A stretch of DNA of 25,794 nucleotides from an uncultured Aquificales bacterium (GTDB taxonomy: Bacteria > Thermosulfidibacterota > Thermosulfidibacteria > Thermosulfidibacterales > Thermosulfidibacteraceae): assembly GCA_964411615.1 (NCBI GenBank), contig CAYPLO010000022.1, forward strand, positions 1 through 25,794, in the 5' to 3' direction. Shown here one piece after another: positions 20,214-25,794 of this stretch. Every line of letters starts with the position of its first letter. Position 1 is the stretch's first letter. The position numbers were made by a program, and so were the translations under genes. The notes under the pieces are model-generated. The model was not told where the DNA came from, did not search any database, and saw only the letters and a program-made list of their open reading frames with translations.

Positions 20214-20776
20214 TGTTCTCCTTCCTTGAGGGGAGGGTGGTGCATAAGAGGGGTTGGGAGCTCTTTTTGTCCGTTAATGGCCTGGGATTTTGCGTGAGGG
20301 TTCCGCCTCAGCTTTCCGACAGGACGTCTGTGGGGGACAGCCTCTTTTTGTGGGTCCGCTCCTTCTACAGGGAGAAGGAGAAGGAGTTTGTCCATTACGG
20401 CTTCGGAAGCCTTGAGGAGGTTGAGCTTTTCAACAGGCTCATTAAGGTGCCCTCTGTGGGGCCTCAAGTGGCCTTCTCCCTTATAGCCCATCTGGGCTGT
20501 GAGGGTCTTATCAGGGCCATTGAGTCTGAGGATGCCGCTTCCCTGAGCTCGGTTCCCAAGGTGGGACCGAAGACCGCAAAGAGGATAGTCTCCGAGCTCT
20601 CCAGGCTGGAGCCCTCCGGCGGCTCCAAGGAAGGCTACGTTGTTGAGGCTCTTGTAAGCCTCGGTTATAGTAGGGAGGAGGCGTTGCAGGCCGTCTCTCA
20701 GGTTGCCATTGAGGAAGGGGATACGGAGGAGGAGATACTCAGAAAGGTCCTGAAGAGGTTGGGGGAGGGCAGGTGA
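20213..20776 (+). CDS. ruvA: Holliday junction branch migration protein RuvA
   Basis: LEG..., VNGLGF, YGF...[34 protein letters not shown]; directly upstream of ruvB. Confidence 0.93.
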   Translation: MFSFLEGRVVHKRGWELFLSVNGLGFCVRVPPQLSDRTSVGDSLFLWVRSFYREKEKEFVHYGFGSLEEVELFNRLIKVPSVGPQVAFSLIAHLGCEGLIRAIESEDAASLSSVPKVGPKTAKRIVSELSRLEPSGGSKEGYVVEALVSLGYSREEALQAVSQVAIEEGDTEEEILRKVLKRLGEGR

Positions 20777-21801
20777 GCAGGCTTCTTGACCCGTTGCCCA
20801 GCGATGAGGATAGGGGGATAGCCCAGTCTATAAGGCCCAGGAGGCTCTCCGATTATATAGGCCAGGAGCAGGTCAAGAGGAATCTGGCCGTCTTCATAGA
20901 GGCTGCAAAGAGGCGTGGTGAACCCATGGACCATGTTCTTCTTTGCGGTCCTCCGGGACTCGGCAAGACCACCCTGGCCATGATTATAGCGGGGGAGCTT
21001 GGGGTTAACATAAGGATAACCTCGGGCCCTGCCGTAGAGCGTCCGGGGGATATGGCGGCTATCCTCAGCGGCCTTGAGGAGGGGGATGTTCTCTTCATAG
21101 ACGAGATACACAGACTCCATCCCCAGGTTGAGGAGATACTCTATCCGGCCATGGAGGACTTTGTGATAGATGTGGTGGTGGGGCAGGGGCCTGGGGCGAA
21201 GACCCTGAGGGTGAAGCTTCCCAGGTTCACCCTTGTTGGTGCCACCACCAAGATGGGGATGCTCACCTCCCCCCTGAGGAACAGGTTCGGTGTGGTTTTG
21301 AGGCTCAACTTCTACAGCGTTGACGAGCTTGTGGCCATAGTGAAGAGGTCAGCATCCATAATGGGTATACCTGTTGAGGATGACGGTGCCTACGAGATAG
21401 CCCGCAGGTCCAGGGGAACTCCCAGGGTGGCCAACAGGCTCCTCAGGAGGGTGAGGGACTTCGCAGAGGTGGAGGGTGAGGGTGTGATAACGGGGGAGAT
21501 TGCAAGAAGGGCCCTTGAGATGATGGAGATAGACTCAGAGGGCTTTGACAGCCTGGACAGAAAGCTCCTTAGAACCATTATAGAGGATTTCGGCGGCGGT
21601 CCCGTGGGTATAGAGACCCTTGCCGTTTCGGTAGGTGAGGAGAAGCGGACCCTTGAGGAGGTTTACGAGCCCTACCTCATACAGCAGGGCTTCATCAAGA
21701 AGACCCCCAGGGGCAGAGTGGCCACCGCCAAGGCCTACAGGTACTTCGGAATGAGATGTCCCCGGGGGACCGTCCAGATGGAGCTGGGGTTAGAGGAGTG
21801 A
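20773..21801 (+). CDS. ruvB: Holliday junction branch migration helicase RuvB
   Basis: [65 protein letters not shown]. Confidence 0.99.
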   Translation: MSRLLDPLPSDEDRGIAQSIRPRRLSDYIGQEQVKRNLAVFIEAAKRRGEPMDHVLLCGPPGLGKTTLAMIIAGELGVNIRITSGPAVERPGDMAAILSGLEEGDVLFIDEIHRLHPQVEEILYPAMEDFVIDVVVGQGPGAKTLRVKLPRFTLVGATTKMGMLTSPLRNRFGVVLRLNFYSVDELVAIVKRSASIMGIPVEDDGAYEIARRSRGTPRVANRLLRRVRDFAEVEGEGVITGEIARRALEMMEIDSEGFDSLDRKLLRTIIEDFGGGPVGIETLAVSVGEEKRTLEEVYEPYLIQQGFIKKTPRGRVATAKAYRYFGMRCPRGTVQMELGLEE

Positions 21802-21802
21802 G

Positions 21803-22351
21803 ATGAGGATACTGATACACGCCTGCTGCGCCAACTGCCTTCTCTATCCCTTGAAAGTGCTTGAGAGGGATTTCAGCGAGGTGTTCGTCTTCTGGTACAA
21901 CCCCAACATCCACCCCTACACCGAGTATACAAGGCGCCTTGAGGCCATGAGGAGGCTGGAGAGGGAGAGGGGACTGAGGGTGATATACAACCTGGACTAT
22001 CCCCTTGAAGAGTGGATTCGCAGTGTGGCCTTTAGAGAAGGCAAGAGGTGCCTTTACTGCTACCACAGCAGACTGAGGATGACGGCGGCGGTGGCCAAAA
22101 GGGGCAGGTTTGACTGCTTCACCACAACCCTGCTCTACAGTAAGCACCAGAAGCACGAGCTGATAGTGGAGGTTGCGGAATCGGTAGCCAGGGAGAAGGG
22201 GGTGAGGTTCTACTACAGAGACTTCAGGGAGGGATGGAAGGAGGGGATAGAGGAGTCTTTGGCCCTTGGCCTGTACAGGCAGCAGTACTGCGGGTGCATA
22301 TACTCGGAGAAGGAGAGGTTCCACCCCTCCCATGAGGTTCAGGGTAGTTAA
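21803..22351 (+). CDS. queH: Epoxyqueuosine reductase QueH (DUF208)
   Basis: [45 protein letters not shown]; adjacent to tgt. Confidence 0.93.
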   Translation: MRILIHACCANCLLYPLKVLERDFSEVFVFWYNPNIHPYTEYTRRLEAMRRLERERGLRVIYNLDYPLEEWIRSVAFREGKRCLYCYHSRLRMTAAVAKRGRFDCFTTTLLYSKHQKHELIVEVAESVAREKGVRFYYRDFREGWKEGIEESLALGLYRQQYCGCIYSEKERFHPSHEVQGS

Positions 22352-23444
22352 GAGGGACCAATCGTCCCCTGCCCGCTTGGGCCTCATAGACGGTGTAAGA
22401 TACCCTGTCAGGACCCCTGTCTTCATGCCCGTTGGAACCCTCGCCAACGTGAAGTGTCTCAACCCTCAGCTGCTCAAAGATATGGGGGCCACAATCATTC
22501 TGGGAAACACCTATCACCTCTATCTGAGGCCCGGTGTTGAGCTTGTATCCTCAATGGGGGGACTGCACCGGTTCATGGGCTGGAACAGGATGATACTCAC
22601 CGACAGTGGGGGGTTTCAGGTCCACAGCCTCAGTTCTCTCAGGAGCATAACGGAAGAGGGGGTGGAGTTTCGCTCCCACATAGACGGTAGCAGACACTTC
22701 TTCACCCCTGAGAAGGTGATAGAGGTTCAGAGGGCATTCGGCTCGGATGTGGTCATGCCCCTTGACTGGTGCGTCTCCTATCCTGCAGAGCATGGGGAGG
22801 TGAAAAAGGCCGTTGAGCTGACCCTCAGATGGGCGGAGAGGTCAAAGGGTGTGCCCTTGGGACCGCACCAGAGTCTCTTCGGCATACTTCAAGGGGGGAT
22901 GGACAGAGGCCTTAGGGAACTTTGTGCTCGCCATCTGGTCTCCATGGGGTTTGACGGTTACGCCATAGGGGGCCTTTCGGTGGGGGAGCCGAAGGAGCTT
23001 ATGTGGGAGATGATAGAGTTTTCTGCTTCCCTGTTACCTGAGGACAGGCCCAGGTACCTCATGGGGGTTGGGAAACCTGAGGATATAGTCTTTGCCGTTA
23101 TGTGTGGGGTGGATATGTTTGACTGCGTTCTGCCCACAAGATGCGCCAGAAACGGTCTTCTCTTCACCTGGAGCGGTAAACTGCGGATAAAGAACAGCCG
23201 CTTCTCACGGGACGATTATCCTGTTGACCAGAGGTGCACCTGCTACACCTGCCGCAACTTCTCAAGGGCCTACCTAAGACACCTCTATGTGAATGAAGAG
23301 ATACTCGGCCTTGTTCTGAACACCATACACAATGTCCACTTCTACCTTGAGCTTATGGAGGAGATGAGGAGGAGACTCGCCGATGGAAGCTTCTTCTCCT
23401 GGGCCCAGAAGTTTGTGAAGGACTACCCGGAGATGGAGGTTTGA
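22332..23444 (+). CDS. tgt: tRNA-guanine transglycosylase (preQ1-inserting bacterial type)
   Basis: [57 protein letters not shown], Zn site CTCYTC...H. True start taken as ATG 22332 (MRFRVV), not 22266. Confidence 0.97.
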   Translation: MRFRVVKRDQSSPARLGLIDGVRYPVRTPVFMPVGTLANVKCLNPQLLKDMGATIILGNTYHLYLRPGVELVSSMGGLHRFMGWNRMILTDSGGFQVHSLSSLRSITEEGVEFRSHIDGSRHFFTPEKVIEVQRAFGSDVVMPLDWCVSYPAEHGEVKKAVELTLRWAERSKGVPLGPHQSLFGILQGGMDRGLRELCARHLVSMGFDGYAIGGLSVGEPKELMWEMIEFSASLLPEDRPRYLMGVGKPEDIVFAVMCGVDMFDCVLPTRCARNGLLFTWSGKLRIKNSRFSRDDYPVDQRCTCYTCRNFSRAYLRHLYVNEEILGLVLNTIHNVHFYLELMEEMRRRLADGSFFSWAQKFVKDYPEMEV

Positions 23445-24538
23445 GCAGGAAGAGTCTTCTTCTTGTGGCCCTTTTTATCTTGTTCTTCATCCTCGGGGCC
23501 ATTGTATTTACCCGTGTTGAGTCGGGGGCGAATGGAGCTGTTAGGAACCTTTGGGATGCCCTGTGGTGGCTGATAGTCACCGTCTCAACAGTGGGCTATG
23601 GGGATGTTGTTCCCAAAACGCCTATGGGCAGGCTGGTTGGTGGTGTGGTGATAGTGGCGGGAGCCGTCTCCTTCACCCTGTTTACTGGATATGTTGCCTC
23701 TTACCTTGTAGACTGGAGGTTGAGGCGAAGGGAGAGGAGGGAAAAGGTGAGCCGTAAAGGCCACGTGGTTATACTCGGCAGAAACGGCAGGGTTGAGGGC
23801 ATACTCAGGGGGCTTTCAAATATGGCCGGGGGCGGTGTTGTGGTGCTTGTGGGGGACTACTCACCGGACCAGATTGATGAGCTGGCCAGAATCTTTCCTA
23901 ACCTTGACCTGGAGCTTGTGGCGGGAGATTTCCATTCGGAACCGGTGATAGAGAAGGCCAGGGTTGACAGGGCCTCGAGGGTTCTCGTTCTTCATCCCGA
24001 TGAGCTCTCCCCAGGAGATGCTGAGAGGATGGTGCTACATGCCGTGCTGGCCGTTCGGAGCATAAGCGATGAGGTCTACGTATGCGCTGAGGCCACATCG
24101 AAGGAGGGAGCGGTTTCACTGGTGAGGGCGGGAGCCAACGAGGTGGTCCTGAGGGACGAGCTCATAACCTTCCTCCTTTCGGGAAGCGCCGTATACAAAG
24201 GTGTGTGCCAGTTCTTTCGCCTGGCGGCCAGCGTTGATGAGCCGAGGCTCAAGGTGGTGCCTGCTCCTGTTGAGGTTGTGGGAAAGAGCTTCTCAGAGGC
24301 CCTTCTTTTCTTCGCCGAAAGAAGAAGGGAGCTGGGGATACCTGTGGCCCTTGTGCGTGTGAGGAAGGGGGTGGAGCTGAAAGAGCTACTGACAGGGGAT
24401 GAAGCCATAGATGCCATTATAGAGGAGGCCTTGAAGGGGGTGGAGCTCTCCTCGGGAAGGGAAGAGGTTGAGGTTGTGGTCAATCCCGATGATAGTGAGC
24501 CCCTTGGTGAGAGGGATATGGTGCTGGTGGTGAGGTGA
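23441..24538 (+). CDS. 2-TM potassium channel with C-terminal RCK (TrkA-N) domain, MthK/Kch-like
   Basis: DALWWLIVTVSTVGYGDVVPKT selectivity filter between two TM helices, then RCK GHVVILG, VAGD, ARVDRA, RAGANEV. Confidence 0.93.
   Translation: MSRKSLLLVALFILFFILGAIVFTRVESGANGAVRNLWDALWWLIVTVSTVGYGDVVPKTPMGRLVGGVVIVAGAVSFTLFTGYVASYLVDWRLRRRERREKVSRKGHVVILGRNGRVEGILRGLSNMAGGGVVVLVGDYSPDQIDELARIFPNLDLELVAGDFHSEPVIEKARVDRASRVLVLHPDELSPGDAERMVLHAVLAVRSISDEVYVCAEATSKEGAVSLVRAGANEVVLRDELITFLLSGSAVYKGVCQFFRLAASVDEPRLKVVPAPVEVVGKSFSEALLFFAERRRELGIPVALVRVRKGVELKELLTGDEAIDAIIEEALKGVELSSGREEVEVVVNPDDSEPLGERDMVLVVR
23735..23749 (+). promoter_or_regulatory. Internal SD plus in-frame GTG start for a soluble RCK isoform
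   Basis: AGGAGG (23735-23740), 6 nt, GTG (23747-23749; codon 103, in frame) at the start of the RCK domain. Confidence 0.55.
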
Positions 24539-25032
24539 TGGAATTGAAGACTCCGCCTTTTCTGAGTGGTCTGGGCAAAGACGAGCTTGAGGTTCTCATG
24601 GAGTATCTTGAACCTGTGGAGTTCGGACCCGATGAGGATGTTGTGGTTGAGGGGACCGAAGGGGATGAGATGTTCATCCTTGTTGATGGCAGGATACAGA
24701 TTTTTAAGAGGGTGGTTATACCAAAGGGAGGAATCAGCAGGGTAAAGGAGAGGTCTGTGGCCGTCCTCGGGCCCGAGGAGGCGGGGGTTGTTGGAGAGAC
24801 CTCCCTTTTTACAGGTCTTCCCAGAACCGCAACGGTCAGGACCCTTACGAGATGCCTGTTCCTTGTGCTTAAAAGGGACGACTTTAACAGGCTGATGGAG
24901 GAGCACCCTCATGTGGCTGCCAAACTGCTTGTCAGAATATGTAAAACACTGTGCCACAGGGTTGACGACCTAAACAACAAACTGATGAAGCTCACCACAG
25001 CCTTGGCCCTGATAGCACGGATGTCCTACTGA
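24535..25032 (+). CDS. Stand-alone cyclic nucleotide-binding domain protein (no HTH)
   Basis: PFLSGL, VVVEGTEGDEMFILVDG, phosphate-binding cassette GETSLFTGLPRTATV, C-helix; GTGA overlap with the channel stop. Confidence 0.9.
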   Translation: MMELKTPPFLSGLGKDELEVLMEYLEPVEFGPDEDVVVEGTEGDEMFILVDGRIQIFKRVVIPKGGISRVKERSVAVLGPEEAGVVGETSLFTGLPRTATVRTLTRCLFLVLKRDDFNRLMEEHPHVAAKLLVRICKTLCHRVDDLNNKLMKLTTALALIARMSY

Positions 25033-25794
25033 AGGGGGTGGAAGTCTTCACGGCACAGTCCGTTTTGAAGGCACAAAGCCCTGAAGAGGGCTTTTCTTAC
25101 AGCTCTGGCTACCAAGTAACCGAACAGGGTGTGTCCACCTGCCGAGGTGATTCTTCCTTCATCTCCCGAGATGACGATTACATTGTCTGTGCCGGTTCCC
25201 GTGGCTATGAGTTTTGGGGTGTAGGAGCTTTTTACATTCAGCTCCTGAAGGACGGCGCTTTTGGCCTCCGTAATCCTTACTATGGCAGAGGCCATTGCCG
25301 CATCGGTTAGTTTTTTGTTGGTGGCTACAATTATGTTTATGGTTCCCACTCTTTTCCATCCTTTTGAGGTCTCCAGCCACTCTCCTCTGTCAACTCCAGC
25401 TCTCATGGCGTTCCCGTAAACTCCTGCCGTTACAGCTGCCCATACAGTTATGCCGTTGCTCTTTTCCGTTGCGAAAGCTATGTTGTCCATATCTACTCCG
25501 GTGTAAAGGATTGCTATCTCTTTAACAGGTATGTTGAGCCTTTCGGATATAGCGTCTTTTATCTTCTTGGTCTCGTCGCATTTGCTCCAGAGGGCAGGAT
25601 ACAGGTAATAGTTCATCACAGCCCGAACGGTCATGGGGCCTTCAAGGGTTGATAGCACTCTTTTTGGCCGTTTGAATAGCATAACAAAGGCCTTTGCAGG
25701 ATATCCTCCGTAGTGGAACCGCAGTATGGTTGCCTTAATGCCTTCCAACGGGGATTCAACAGTAGTTTCAGGTCTGATGAGCCTTTTGCTTCTT
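25026..25794 (-). CDS. cbiZ: Adenosylcobinamide amidohydrolase CbiZ domain, 5'-truncated by the window edge
   Basis: LYTGVDMDN, VTAGVYGNAMRAG, GTINIIV, ITEAKSAVLQEL, ATGTGTD, AGGHT. The frame stays open from 25748 to the window end (RSKRLIRPETTVESP...). Confidence 0.88.
   Translation of the reverse strand, partial: RSKRLIRPETTVESPLEGIKATILRFHYGGYPAKAFVMLFKRPKRVLSTLEGPMTVRAVMNYYLYPALWSKCDETKKIKDAISERLNIPVKEIAILYTGVDMDNIAFATEKSNGITVWAAVTAGVYGNAMRAGVDRGEWLETSKGWKRVGTINIIVATNKKLTDAAMASAIVRITEAKSAVLQELNVKSSYTPKLIATGTGTDNVIVISGDEGRITSAGGHTLFGYLVARAVRKALFRALCLQNGLCREDFHPLQ

Noticed and set aside
22266..22331. N-terminal extension of tgt in the ORF track
   Set aside because: It lies inside the conserved C-terminus of queH; Tgt similarity starts at ATG 22332.
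22332..23444. tgt as a DpdA-like DNA-modifying or otherwise atypical transglycosylase
   Set aside because: All canonical bacterial Tgt motifs are present (DSGGFQ, D-x-C, GGLSVGE, Zn site), queH is adjacent and there are no dpd genes.
21695..24957. Minus-strand ORFs of 255 aa and 293 aa opposite queH/tgt and the channel/CNBD genes
   Set aside because: Antisense to clear genes and without domain signatures.
1..25794. CRISPR arrays, tRNA/rRNA genes, IS elements, selenocysteine read-through or frameshifted pseudogenes
   Set aside because: Intergenic gaps are at most about 50 nt, no repeats or transposase/integrase motifs were seen, and the recognised proteins appear full length at their stop codons.

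Overview
Gene-dense bacterial chromosomal segment, mostly core genome. Heavy AGG/ATA codon use, Glu/Lys/Arg-rich proteins and near-absence of GATC suggest a thermophile (inference; taxon not determinable from this window). Order: dsbC-like (5'-truncated) and khpA (+); a minus-strand operon DUF4390-ntrY-ntrX-purM-purN divergent from adenine deaminase (+); an HDOD gene (-) divergent from a ~15.6 kb tightly packed plus-strand run (HPP, HD-GYP, thioesterase, hisD, ppsA, membrane TPR/SNAP-like protein, NDT/RCL-fold N-glycosidase, apgM, aryl-CoA ligase, GT2, ruvA, ruvB, queH, tgt, RCK K+ channel, stand-alone cNMP-binding protein); and a 5'-truncated, more AT-rich cbiZ (-). I saw no RNA genes, CRISPR arrays or mobile elements, and no clearly novel multi-gene system can be established. 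Best leads: (1) the K+ channel has an in-frame internal SD+GTG at the RCK boundary (MthK-like) and is coupled to a free cNMP-binding protein; (2) the NtrX GAFTGA loop is replaced by a Cys-X6-Cys loop; (3) the NDT/RCL-fold protein has an altered catalytic set suggesting a ribo-NMP glycosidase; (4) the HPP gene probably starts at ATC; (5) overlapping bidirectional -10 boxes link ade with ntrYX-purMN.
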